From a virus (lineage: Duplodnaviria; Caudoviricetes), in the IMG/VR virus record IMGVR_UViG_3300027578_000006, positions 190 to 64,189 of that record: a stretch of DNA of 64,000 nt. One strand, written 5' to 3'. Both the position numbers and the translations under genes were made by a program. Position 1 is the stretch's first letter. The number at the start of each line of letters is the position of its first letter. Below are positions 54,227 through 63,350 of the stretch, piece by piece. Below the pieces are notes generated by a model. It saw only the letters and a program-made list of their open reading frames with translations, had not been told where the DNA came from and ran no database searches.

Positions 54227-54456
54227 AAGCGCCACAGCAAAGCCTTAAAAACTGGGGAGACCAGAAATGGCGAACCAAAAGCGGAAAGCCGTCGTCAAAG
54301 ACCGGGGAGCGTTACCTCCCGGAAAAGGCAATCAAGGCACTAAGCCCAGCCGAGTATGCCGCTACAACGAAGGCAAAGCGGGCGGGTAAGAAAGCAGGAA
54401 AGCAGTTCGTAGCGCAGCCTAAAGGCATTGCAAAGAAAACAGCAGGGTTTAGATAA
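54223..54456 (+). CDS. small basic protein, DUF5872-like C-half
   Basis: QQSLKNW..QKWRTKSG...GERYLPEKAI. Confidence 0.65.
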   Translation: MKAPQQSLKNWGDQKWRTKSGKPSSKTGERYLPEKAIKALSPAEYAATTKAKRAGKKAGKQFVAQPKGIAKKTAGFR

Positions 54457-55403
54457 TGACCACATCCGGTACAGCCAGCTTTAATCTTGACCTCAACGAA
54501 ATGGTTGAGGAGGCGTTCGAACGCGCCGGGAGTCAGTTGCGTACCGGCTACGATCTGCGTACAGCCCGGAGGTCTTTGAACCTCCTTTTTGCCGATTGGG
54601 CAAACCGTGGCGTGAACATGTGGACGTTCGAGCAGAACACGATTACTTTGACACAGGGGCAACCAACGTATGCACTTCCTGACGATACTGTTGATCTGCT
54701 TGACCATGTTATTCGTACTAACGCCAACCAGACAAACAACCAAGCTGACCTGACGATCACCCGCATCTCAGTTTCAACTTATGCCACCATCCCTAACAAG
54801 CTAATTCAAGGCCGTCCAATTCAGGTTTGGGTGCAGCGTCTGTCGGGTAGTGAGTCCTTACTTGTTGGTACGTTACAAGCGGGCATTTCAGCGGCAGCAA
54901 CCACTATTCCTGTAACTTCGCTGGCGGGCATCCCCACCGCCGGGTTTATTCGTATCGGCACAGAACTGATCGGGTTTAACCAGACCCAACCTGCGGAAAA
55001 CGGCAACCCAGCGTACCTGCTTAACTGCACACGCGGGCAGGACAACACAACGGCAGCAGCGCACTTGGTAAGTGCAGCCATGTATGCCGTACAAAAGCAG
55101 AGCATTACCGTCTGGCCAACCCCAGACAGCGCCTATACTTACCAGTTCGTTTACTGGCGTATGCGCCGTATTCAAGATGCAGGTGCAGGCGGCACCAAAA
55201 CCATGGATGTGCCGTTTCGTTTTGTCCCTTGCTTGGCCGCAGGGCTGGCGTACTACATTGCGTTGAAAGTACCGGAAGGACTGTCGCGGTTAGACATCCT
55301 TAAAGCTCAGTATGACGAGGCGTGGAACAACGCAGCAAATGAAGATCAGGATCGGGCGGCGGTACGGTTTGTCCCAAGACAGTACTTTATTGGTGGTGGC
55401 TGA
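54456..55403 (+). CDS. head-tail adaptor-like virion protein
   Basis: EEAFERAG..TGYDLRTARRSLN..WANRG.N.W; VWPTPD. Confidence 0.65.
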   Translation: MTTSGTASFNLDLNEMVEEAFERAGSQLRTGYDLRTARRSLNLLFADWANRGVNMWTFEQNTITLTQGQPTYALPDDTVDLLDHVIRTNANQTNNQADLTITRISVSTYATIPNKLIQGRPIQVWVQRLSGSESLLVGTLQAGISAAATTIPVTSLAGIPTAGFIRIGTELIGFNQTQPAENGNPAYLLNCTRGQDNTTAAAHLVSAAMYAVQKQSITVWPTPDSAYTYQFVYWRMRRIQDAGAGGTKTMDVPFRFVPCLAAGLAYYIALKVPEGLSRLDILKAQYDEAWNNAANEDQDRAAVRFVPRQYFIGGG

Positions 55404-55405
55404 TT

Positions 55406-55828
55406 GTGGGTAACAGGTTTGCTTCCGGTAAATTCGCAATTGCGGAGTGCGACCGGTGCGGGCAGCGGTATAAGCTCAAGGAACTGAAGAAGCAGGTCTT
55501 AAAGACCAAGACGTACAATCTGCTGGTGTGCCCCACTTGTTGGGACCCAGATCAGCCACAGCTTCAGTTGGGCATGTATCCAGTGGACGACCCGCAAGGT
55601 TTGCGCGATCCCCGGCCTGATTTGAGCTACTACCAAGCGGGCTACACAGGGTTGCAGTTGACAGAGACGGTAGGTACCGGCATAAATCAAAATGGTGATC
55701 CGTCAGGCGGTAGCCGGGTGTTTCAGTGGGGCTGGAGGCCGGTGGGCGGCTCCAGTGCTAATGATGCGGGGCTGACACCAAACTACTTGGTATCTGCCGG
55801 AGTTGTGGGTACAGTAACGATTACTTAG
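55406..55828 (+). CDS. zinc-finger protein
   Basis: CDRCG...VCPTCWD..PQ. Confidence 0.7.
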   Translation: MGNRFASGKFAIAECDRCGQRYKLKELKKQVLKTKTYNLLVCPTCWDPDQPQLQLGMYPVDDPQGLRDPRPDLSYYQAGYTGLQLTETVGTGINQNGDPSGGSRVFQWGWRPVGGSSANDAGLTPNYLVSAGVVGTVTIT

Positions 55829-55837
55829 GAGTAAGAC

Positions 55838-56011
55838 ATGAAACATTCAGATATTAAGAAAGACAAGCCGATCATGGAAAAGATTGCTAAGAAAGCAGTC
55901 AAAGGCCACGAGAAGCGTATGCACAAGATGGCCAAAGGCGGTGTGACTTCAGAACAAATGAAGAGCATGGGCCGCAATCTGGCACGTGTTGCCAACCAAA
56001 AATCGGGCTAA
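55838..56011 (+). CDS. 57-aa basic protein with MAKGG motif (not in ORF track)
   Basis: AGGAG RBS; MKHSDIKKDK...HEKRMHKMAKGGVT...GRNLARVANQKSG. Confidence 0.7.
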   Translation: MKHSDIKKDKPIMEKIAKKAVKGHEKRMHKMAKGGVTSEQMKSMGRNLARVANQKSG

Positions 56012-56013
56012 TC

Positions 56014-56274
56014 ATGGCTAAATTTTCTCAAAAGCAGGGCGGCAAAGAAGTAGGCCAAGCTGCTGTTTACGCGGAGCCACATACTATGGACGGTAAAGCA
56101 ATTAAGGCAATGCCTTCGCAGGGCGAGTCTGGTGCCAAGTGCATGGACAAGATGAATATCTCTGTGGGCGGTATCAGCAAGGGCAACTACAAAGAGACCA
56201 AAACCTCGGGCATTAAAACTCGCGGTAATGGCGCTGCTACTAAAGGCACGATGGCTCGTGGTCCGATGGGTTAA
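56014..56274 (+). CDS. small basic protein
   Basis: C-term GIKTRGNGAATKGTMARGPMG. Confidence 0.7.
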   Translation: MAKFSQKQGGKEVGQAAVYAEPHTMDGKAIKAMPSQGESGAKCMDKMNISVGGISKGNYKETKTSGIKTRGNGAATKGTMARGPMG

Positions 56275-56276
56275 TC

Positions 56277-56996
56277 ATGACGTACAACGAACTGTTCATT
56301 GCGGTTAAGAACTACCTTCAAAACGATTTCCCCACAAATACGTGGACGAACGTAGCAGGTACAGGCACGACCACGTCTGACGGCACTGAACAGATCAACT
56401 TGTTTATTTCGCAAGCGGAAGAGCGCATCTATAACACGGTGCAGATTCCCGCCCTGCGCAAGAACGTCACAGGTTTAACAACCAACGGCAACAAGTATCT
56501 CTCCTGCCCCGGCGACTTCTTGTCGGTGTTCTCGATGGCGGTGATTGACGCTACCGGCAACTATGAGTATTTGCTGAACAAAGATGTGAACTTCATCCGC
56601 GCAGCGTACCCCAACCCCACCGAGTCAGGCATCCCACGGTATTACGCCTTGTTTGGTCCCACTGTTGTGACCAGCGTTATTACGGACGAGTTGAGCTTCA
56701 TCCTTGGACCTACGCCTGACGCTGCGTATACGATAGAGTTGCATTACAACTACTACCCTGAGTCAATCACGGTGGCGGCTGACGGACGTACGTGGCTGGG
56801 CGACAACTACTCGCCGGTTCTGCTGTATGGCGCGATGCTGGAAGCTTACATCTTCTTGAAGGGCGAAGTTGACATGATGGCGACTTACAAAGGTAAGTAC
56901 GACGAAGCTCTGTCTCAGTTGAACCGTCTGGGTACAGGTCTTGAGCGTGGTGATGCGTACCGTGATGGTCAGGCTAAGATTAAGGTCAACCCATGA
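56277..56996 (+). CDS. adaptor/tail tubular A-like virion protein
   Basis: MTYNEL...FISQAEERI...PRYY..GPTPD..LLYG. Confidence 0.7.
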   Translation: MTYNELFIAVKNYLQNDFPTNTWTNVAGTGTTTSDGTEQINLFISQAEERIYNTVQIPALRKNVTGLTTNGNKYLSCPGDFLSVFSMAVIDATGNYEYLLNKDVNFIRAAYPNPTESGIPRYYALFGPTVVTSVITDELSFILGPTPDAAYTIELHYNYYPESITVAADGRTWLGDNYSPVLLYGAMLEAYIFLKGEVDMMATYKGKYDEALSQLNRLGTGLERGDAYRDGQAKIKVNP

Positions 56997-57427
56997 GTAT
57001 TCAGCAAGGTCTGACGAACAGTTTCAAACAAGAGATGCTCCAAGCGGGGCAGAACTTGGCGACCGACACGTTGAAGATGGCGTTGTATACGGCGTTCTCT
57101 GATATTGGGCAGTTGACTACGGTGTATACAACAACGAACGAAGTTACCGGTACGGGCTACACAGCGGGTGGGGTTGCGGTCACGGGAGCAACGATCAGTA
57201 CACAAACGACTGGCCCCAACGCCGGCACGGTGTACGTAGATTTTGCCAATGTGTCGTGGCCGGGAGCCAACTTTACCGCCCGTGGGGCGTTGATCTACAA
57301 CGTGACTCGCAGCAACAAGTCGGTAGCTGTATTGGACTTTGGTTCGGATAAAACTTTTAGCAGTGTGAGCAATACCGTTACGATGCCAGCAAACACGGCA
57401 ACGACGGCACTAATTCGTTTTCCTTGA
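56993..57427 (+). CDS. virion structural protein
   Basis: SFKQEML..KMALYT..NEVTGTGYTAGG..ARGALIYN..VLDFG. Confidence 0.7.
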   Translation: MSIQQGLTNSFKQEMLQAGQNLATDTLKMALYTAFSDIGQLTTVYTTTNEVTGTGYTAGGVAVTGATISTQTTGPNAGTVYVDFANVSWPGANFTARGALIYNVTRSNKSVAVLDFGSDKTFSSVSNTVTMPANTATTALIRFP

Positions 57428-57437
57428 GGAGCTAGGT

Positions 57438-58010
57438 ATGAACAACGTAAAAGCAATTGCGGGCGACAGTGTTGATGCCGCAGTAATCAGACCCACCGCA
57501 GGATTTGAACAAGTTCATGCTGGCGGCGTATTCCACATTCTTTGCTACGACAAAGACGGTAACCTGAAGTGGGAAGAAAAAGGCCCCAACCTTGTGGTAA
57601 ACACAGGTCTGCAATACATGGTCTCTACCTCGCTGGATGCCGCTGCGCAGACGACTGTGTGGTATCTGGGTTTGATTAGCACTCTGACTTCAATCGTTGG
57701 TGGCGATACCATGGCTTCACACGCCGGTTGGACTGAAGATACTACTTATTCGCAAGCAAACCGTCCGACAGCAACATTTGGTACAGCAACAACTGCGAAC
57801 CCATCGGTGCTTGATAACTCTGCATCGGTAGCTGTGTTCTCTATTAACGGCACAACCACCATCAACGGCGCGTTTCTAACCAGCAACAACACCAAAGGCG
57901 GCAGCACAGGCACGTTGTTTTCAGCCAAAGCATTTACTGGCGGCGCTCGTTCAGTGATAAGTGGTGACACTCTGAATGTGACTTACACCTTCAGCTTGAC
58001 CGGTACCTAA
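57438..58010 (+). CDS. virion structural protein
   Basis: NLVVNTG...WYLGL...GTLFS...GDTLNVTYT. Confidence 0.7.
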   Translation: MNNVKAIAGDSVDAAVIRPTAGFEQVHAGGVFHILCYDKDGNLKWEEKGPNLVVNTGLQYMVSTSLDAAAQTTVWYLGLISTLTSIVGGDTMASHAGWTEDTTYSQANRPTATFGTATTANPSVLDNSASVAVFSINGTTTINGAFLTSNNTKGGSTGTLFSAKAFTGGARSVISGDTLNVTYTFSLTGT

Positions 58011-58012
58011 TC

Positions 58013-58201
58013 ATGAAGATTGATTTTTTCTTTGACACTCAGTACGGCAAGTTCTGCGATGCCTTGCATCTGCCGGATGACCACACACTTACTGACGAAG
58101 AAATCCAAGCGATGAAACAACAACGGTTAGACAACTGGATAGCCGTTGTTTCATACGTCCCCACGGAAGAAGAAGTAGTGCAAGAACCACCGGTGGAGTG
58201 A
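58013..58201 (+). CDS. small acidic protein, possible fibre chaperone
   Basis: 62 aa directly before the fibre gene. Confidence 0.55.
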   Translation: MKIDFFFDTQYGKFCDALHLPDDHTLTDEEIQAMKQQRLDNWIAVVSYVPTEEEVVQEPPVE

Positions 58202-58204
58202 TGA

Positions 58205-60577
58205 ATGGCAGATCGCTATTGGGTTGGTGGCACAGGTACATGGAGTAGCAGTAACACAGGTAACTGGTCTACTTCCTCTGGCGGTGCTGGCGGCGCTTCT
58301 GTTCCTACGGCTGCTGATAATGTCTTCTTTGATGCTAACTCAAATATATTAGCTACTGCGTTTACTGTCACGATGGCAAACTCACCACGGGTTTGCAACG
58401 ACATTACAATCAGCGGTCTTGATGGAACAATGACCCTAGCAGGTGCTGCTATTGGCTTGACCGTTAGCGGTAGTTTATCTTTTCCTGCGACAAATTTCAC
58501 CCGTACTTACGCTGGTACAACGACATTTAATGCTACTACTACAGGCAAGACCATAACAACAAACGGTGTTGCTTTTGGTGGTGCTGTTACGTTTAATGGT
58601 GTTGGTGGTGCATGGACACTTCAAGATGCGTTTACAACGTCGTCTGCATCAACAATAACGCTAACAGCCGGAACACTTAATTTAAATGACAAAACATTAA
58701 CCGGTGGCATATTTAGTTCAAGCAACACAAACACACGCTCTATAGATTTTGGAACTACTGGCTCAATCGTTCTTACCACAACCACAGCCGGATCAACAGT
58801 TCTGTCGATGGCAGATGCTACAAACTTCACGTTTACTGGCACATCAAATATATCAACAGCAATGTCTGTTACAAGGACATTTGCTTTCGGTACAACCGGA
58901 ACCATCCTGTTCGCGTCTAGACTTAACCTTAATTTGACATCAGGCGCATCTACACCTACGTTTACCATTAACTCTTCGTTCAGACAAATTAACTTTACCG
59001 GGTCAACTTGTAATCCCGGCCTACAAGGTATTCAATGTCACGGTTTTACATTAGCCTCTGGGGGTACTTATACCAGCACTGATTTTATAATGGTAGGTAC
59101 GGGCACGTTAACCCATACGGGCAAAGCAATTAACACACTAAGTATTAGCACAGCCGGAATTACAACAACACTCGTTGATGCGGGGCAAGCTGTTACATTA
59201 GGGTTAACCAATGGAACAATAAATTTAGCAGGTTTTACGTTTACCGCTACCTCTACCGCCGCGACAGCTTCTGGTACAAAGAATTTGACGTTTAACGGTG
59301 GAACTTTAGTTTGTTCAGCCGCAAGTGCAACCGCTTGGAATAATGCCAACCCAACAGGGTTCACCACTACAGCAGGTACTGGCACAGGCACGATCTCAAT
59401 GACTGCTGTTACCGCCAAGACGTTTGTGGGCGGTGGTTCTACTTACAACTGCACATTGAACCAAGGCGGTGCTGGAACGCTGACAATTACTGGCGCAAAT
59501 ACGTTTAACGATATTACAGAAACAGTACCAACTGCTAATCAGATAACGTTCCCTGCAAGTACAACGACAACGGTAAATAACTTCACCTTGTCCGGTTCTG
59601 CTGGTAACTTAGTTTCAATCCGTAGCTCTACTGGAGGCACACGGTTCACGCTATCTAAGTCTTCTGGTACTGTAAACGTATCTTATGTTGATATACGAGA
59701 CAGTAACGCAACTGGCGGTGCTACTTGGAATGCTTCCCCAGCAAACGGCAATGTTGATAGTGGGAATAACACGGGGTGGCTTTTTGGCGCTTTGTACGCA
59801 GTCAGTATAGATGAGGCCGCTACTGGCGCGGATGCTATTACGTTACTCTTAATTCGGGTTGGCTCAGTCTCAGAAACAGCCACGGGTGCTGATACAACAG
59901 CAAGTCAATTAAATGCAGTAGGAGCCATTTCTGAAACAGCCACAGGCGCAGACGAACTCACCAATACTGCGTCACTACAACTGTTTGTAGCCGAAACAGC
60001 CACAGGCGCCGATGCTTTCCAAGGCAACATAGAAACTACTTCGGCAGTCTCAGAAACAGCCACAGGTGCAGATATAACAGCTACAGCATTAACCCGAGTA
60101 GGTGCGGTGTCAGAAACAGCGACGGGCACAGACGCCGCGCAAGGTAATATAGAAACTACTTCAGCCGTCGCAGAAACAGCCACAGGTGCAGATACCGAAG
60201 CCGCTACGCTCACAAGAGTTGGCGCAGTAGACGAGACCGCGACAGGCGCAGATACGACCGATACACAGCTTGACGCATTTGGTGGTATTGACGAAACAGC
60301 CACAGCAGCAGATGCGCTGACCACCCAACTGGACGGGGTTGCAACTATTGACGAGGCCGCAATAGCCGAAGCGTTAGCGGTTGGCAACATCATAACTACT
60401 TTACAAATTGCTGAAGGTGCGACTATTCTGGATGAGTCGTTGGCACGGCTTTTGTGGGAACTGATCAACGACAATCAGTTACCGGGATGGCAACTTATAC
60501 AGAACCCGCAAGGTACGGGCTGGACGGTGATTAACACCAACACAGGAACGAGTTGGAATGATATTGATACGGTATGA
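58205..60577 (+). CDS. fibre/adhesin protein (beta-solenoid domain, 20-aa repeat shaft, Trp-repeat C-terminus)
   Basis: Thr/Gly-rich; ADRYWVGGTGTW start; ETATGAD repeats. Confidence 0.7.
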   Translation: MADRYWVGGTGTWSSSNTGNWSTSSGGAGGASVPTAADNVFFDANSNILATAFTVTMANSPRVCNDITISGLDGTMTLAGAAIGLTVSGSLSFPATNFTRTYAGTTTFNATTTGKTITTNGVAFGGAVTFNGVGGAWTLQDAFTTSSASTITLTAGTLNLNDKTLTGGIFSSSNTNTRSIDFGTTGSIVLTTTTAGSTVLSMADATNFTFTGTSNISTAMSVTRTFAFGTTGTILFASRLNLNLTSGASTPTFTINSSFRQINFTGSTCNPGLQGIQCHGFTLASGGTYTSTDFIMVGTGTLTHTGKAINTLSISTAGITTTLVDAGQAVTLGLTNGTINLAGFTFTATSTAATASGTKNLTFNGGTLVCSAASATAWNNANPTGFTTTAGTGTGTISMTAVTAKTFVGGGSTYNCTLNQGGAGTLTITGANTFNDITETVPTANQITFPASTTTTVNNFTLSGSAGNLVSIRSSTGGTRFTLSKSSGTVNVSYVDIRDSNATGGATWNASPANGNVDSGNNTGWLFGALYAVSIDEAATGADAITLLLIRVGSVSETATGADTTASQLNAVGAISETATGADELTNTASLQLFVAETATGADAFQGNIETTSAVSETATGADITATALTRVGAVSETATGTDAAQGNIETTSAVAETATGADTEAATLTRVGAVDETATGADTTDTQLDAFGGIDETATAADALTTQLDGVATIDEAAIAEALAVGNIITTLQIAEGATILDESLARLLWELINDNQLPGWQLIQNPQGTGWTVINTNTGTSWNDIDTV
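59801..60460 (+). repeat. about 11 intragenic 60-bp (20-aa) tandem repeats
   Basis: GAAACAGCCACAGG recurring every 60 nt. Confidence 0.85.
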
Positions 60578-61191
60578 TTGATCCTTTGACAATTGGACTA
60601 GCAGTTGCGGGTGTTAAGGCGGTTGTCACAGGTATTAAAGAGGCAGCTACCTTAGCCCGTGAAGCGTTTGATGAGATCAACGGCGCAGTGGAGTCGGGTA
60701 AGACGCTGGCTGATTCGATGTCGGGGGTCACCAAGTTCTTCTCAGCGGCGGGCAAGTACGAGACCAAGCGCAGTCAGCTTGAAGAGGCCAAGGTAGCGCA
60801 AGAAGCAGCCGTTGCTAAAGGCGAACCTGTGCCGGACTATGTGTCTGATGCCGAGTACGTCATGGAGCTGATGATTATTGATCGGCAGATCAAACAGTAC
60901 TACGACGACATCAAGCATATTTTTACCTACCACTTCCAAGAAGCAGGGATGTGGGATGAGTTCTGGCAGCGCATGGGTAAGTTGCGTTCCGACCGGGAAG
61001 CGAAAGCAGAAGCCCAGCGCCTAGCGGAAACGGAAAAGCGGCTGCATGAAAAAGCCGAAGCAATGAAAAAGCGCCGTAAGCGGCAGCAGGTGAGAGACAA
61101 GATTGAAATGGTGGGTGCGGGCATTGTGATTGTGGGCATCGTCTTTGTTTTCTTCTGGATGATGTGGTGGATGTTCCAACAAGGAGGTTGA
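60574..61191 (+). CDS. membrane-anchored coiled-coil protein
   Basis: MIDPLT start, C-terminal TM segment; precedes the holin. Confidence 0.6.
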   Translation: MIDPLTIGLAVAGVKAVVTGIKEAATLAREAFDEINGAVESGKTLADSMSGVTKFFSAAGKYETKRSQLEEAKVAQEAAVAKGEPVPDYVSDAEYVMELMIIDRQIKQYYDDIKHIFTYHFQEAGMWDEFWQRMGKLRSDREAKAEAQRLAETEKRLHEKAEAMKKRRKRQQVRDKIEMVGAGIVIVGIVFVFFWMMWWMFQQGG

Positions 61192-61192
61192 C

Positions 61193-61603
61193 ATGCTAGG
61201 ACTTGACGCGCTGCTGGGTATCGGCGGCAAACTGATCGACAAACTGATTCCTGACCCTGAACAGAAGGCCAAGGCGCAGTTAGAACTTGCCAAGATGGCG
61301 CAGGATGGTGAGCTTGCCAAGATGGCGAATGAAACGGACTTGTACAAGTCTGAGCAGAACAACCTGACTGAGCGCCTAAAAGCCGACATGGCAAGCGATA
61401 GCTGGTTGTCCAAGAACATCCGTCCGTTGACGCTGGTATATATCTTGGTGGCCTACATGGCACTCGCCATTCTTGACGCTGCGCTGGTTGACATTGCTGA
61501 CTCGTTCGTAGAGCTGCTGGGTCAATGGGGAATGCTTGTGATGTCGTTTTACTTTGGCGGCAGAACGCTTGAGAAGATCATTGATATGCGGGCAAAGAAA
61601 TGA
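61193..61603 (+). CDS. holin (3TM/GTA-holin-like)
   Basis: IDKLIPDP..KAKAQLEL, SWLSKNIRP, FYFGGRT. Confidence 0.75.
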   Translation: MLGLDALLGIGGKLIDKLIPDPEQKAKAQLELAKMAQDGELAKMANETDLYKSEQNNLTERLKADMASDSWLSKNIRPLTLVYILVAYMALAILDAALVDIADSFVELLGQWGMLVMSFYFGGRTLEKIIDMRAKK

Positions 61604-62112
61604 AAGAGAACTTTGATGAGGCGCTCAAGGCCATCCTGAAGCACGAGGGTGGCTTCGTAAATCACCCCAAAGACCCCGGCGGCATGACCAATCTGGGCGT
61701 GACCAAAAAGGTGTGGGAAGAGTGGGTAGGCCATGCTGTTGACGAAAAAACAATGCGCGCTCTGACACCCGAGGTAGTGGGTCCTATGTACAAGAAGAAG
61801 TACTGGGATGCGGTCAAGGCTGACGATTTGCCAGATGGTCTGGACTACCTGATGTTTGATTTTGCGGTCAACGCTGGTCCCGGTCGTGCAATCAAGACGA
61901 TGCAAAAAGCCATCGGTACCACGCCTGACGGCGCGATTGGCCCCAAGACCATGCAGTCATTAAAAGCTGCCAATCAGAGTGAATTAGTGGCAAAATTCAG
62001 TGCAGAAAAGGAAGCGTTTTACCGCAGTCTGCCTACGTTTGGCACGTTCGGTAAAGGGTGGCTGCGCCGGGTGGCAGAAGCCAAGACCCACGCTGAATCC
62101 ATGCTGGCTTAA
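61600..62112 (+). CDS. endolysin, glycoside hydrolase family 108
   Basis: HEGGFVNHPKDPGGMTNLGVT, FDFAVNAG, FGKGWLRR. Confidence 0.9.
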   Translation: MKENFDEALKAILKHEGGFVNHPKDPGGMTNLGVTKKVWEEWVGHAVDEKTMRALTPEVVGPMYKKKYWDAVKADDLPDGLDYLMFDFAVNAGPGRAIKTMQKAIGTTPDGAIGPKTMQSLKAANQSELVAKFSAEKEAFYRSLPTFGTFGKGWLRRVAEAKTHAESMLA

Positions 62113-62124
62113 TAAGGAACTACG

Positions 62125-62601
62125 ATGTTGGAAAAAGATGCGCTTTGTGAACTGTTCGAATACCGTGACGGGGAGTTATATTGGGCCGTCAATAAAGGGC
62201 GCATTCGTGCTGGGACCATAGCGGGCACGGTGAATAGCACCGGGAGAAAACAAGTTGCAATTAATTGCAAGCTGTACAAAGTGCATCGAATTATATACGC
62301 CATGCACCATGGCATTGTGCCGCCTTGCATCGACCACATAGATGGTAATCCGCTAAATAACAGAATAGAAAATTTACGTGCCGCCACGCATTCAGAAAAT
62401 ATGTACAACTTGGGGGCAAAATCAAACAATAAAACTGGCGAAAAAGGCGTTTTCTGGGACGGCATAAACCAACGCTGGGGGGCGTATTGCTATGTAAAAG
62501 GCAAAAAAATATACGCTGGGTATCATAAAAAATTTGAGTCCGCAGTTGATGCGGTTCGTGAACTTAGAGCGCGGCTGCATGGCAGCTTTGCCCGCAACTA
62601 A
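62125..62601 (+). CDS. HNH homing endonuclease with AP2-like C-terminus
   Basis: VHRII..IDHIDGNPLNNRIENLR..N, TGEKGVFW. Confidence 0.85.
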   Translation: MLEKDALCELFEYRDGELYWAVNKGRIRAGTIAGTVNSTGRKQVAINCKLYKVHRIIYAMHHGIVPPCIDHIDGNPLNNRIENLRAATHSENMYNLGAKSNNKTGEKGVFWDGINQRWGAYCYVKGKKIYAGYHKKFESAVDAVRELRARLHGSFARN

Positions 62602-62613
62602 ACGGAGGACGCT

Positions 62614-63348
62614 TTGCCTTCAACATACTCCCCCGATCTACGGATCGAACTCATTGCCAACGGTGAAAAATCCGGTACGTGGGGCACGATCACCAACGAC
62701 AACCTCGGGGTCATTATCGAGGACGCTATCTCGGGTTTGGCATCGGTCTCAGTCCTTTCCGCAAACCAAGCACTGACCGCTCAGAATGGCGCAGTAGACC
62801 AAGCGCGGTGTGCAGCGGTTAGCCTGACTACAACGACTACCGCCCCATTCAACGTCTACGTTCCCCCGGTCACCAAGCTGTACTTAGTTACCAACCCATC
62901 AGGATATACGGCAACGATCTACTGCTCAACCGTCCTTGGTAATACCACGGCAGCAGGTACAGGTGTAGCGATTCCCACAGGCAAGTCAGTCTTGCTTCGT
63001 GCAGACGGCACCAACGTGGTGGAGCAGCTAAACCACATCACGGGCAACCTGTCGATTGGCGGTGCGGCTTCTGTGGGCAGCACTCTGGCCGTCACAGGCG
63101 CTGTGACTGGTGGTAGCTTTGCGGGTCCTCTGACGGGCAATGTCACAGGCAATGTGGCAGGTAACGTGACGGGTAATCTGACAGGCAACGTAGCCGCAGG
63201 TGCGGGGACAATTGCGACAACTAACTTCACCTTTACTGAGGTGGGTGGTGTGCTGTATCTGAAGAATGGCGCAACCAATATTTTGAAGATTGACTCGCTG
63301 GGCAATGTCACTGCTCTGGCTAACCTGACCGCCTACGGCACGGTGTAA
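62614..63348 (+). CDS. tail fibre protein
   Basis: STYSPDLRIEL..GE.SGTWG..TN N-terminus; GNVT repeats. Confidence 0.7.
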   Translation: MPSTYSPDLRIELIANGEKSGTWGTITNDNLGVIIEDAISGLASVSVLSANQALTAQNGAVDQARCAAVSLTTTTTAPFNVYVPPVTKLYLVTNPSGYTATIYCSTVLGNTTAAGTGVAIPTGKSVLLRADGTNVVEQLNHITGNLSIGGAASVGSTLAVTGAVTGGSFAGPLTGNVTGNVAGNVTGNLTGNVAAGAGTIATTNFTFTEVGGVLYLKNGATNILKIDSLGNVTALANLTAYGTV

Positions 63349-63350
63349 AT

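Noticed and set aside
59801-60460. Diversity-generating retroelement template/variable repeats
   Set aside because: Repeats are in-frame tandem coding units and no reverse transcriptase is present.
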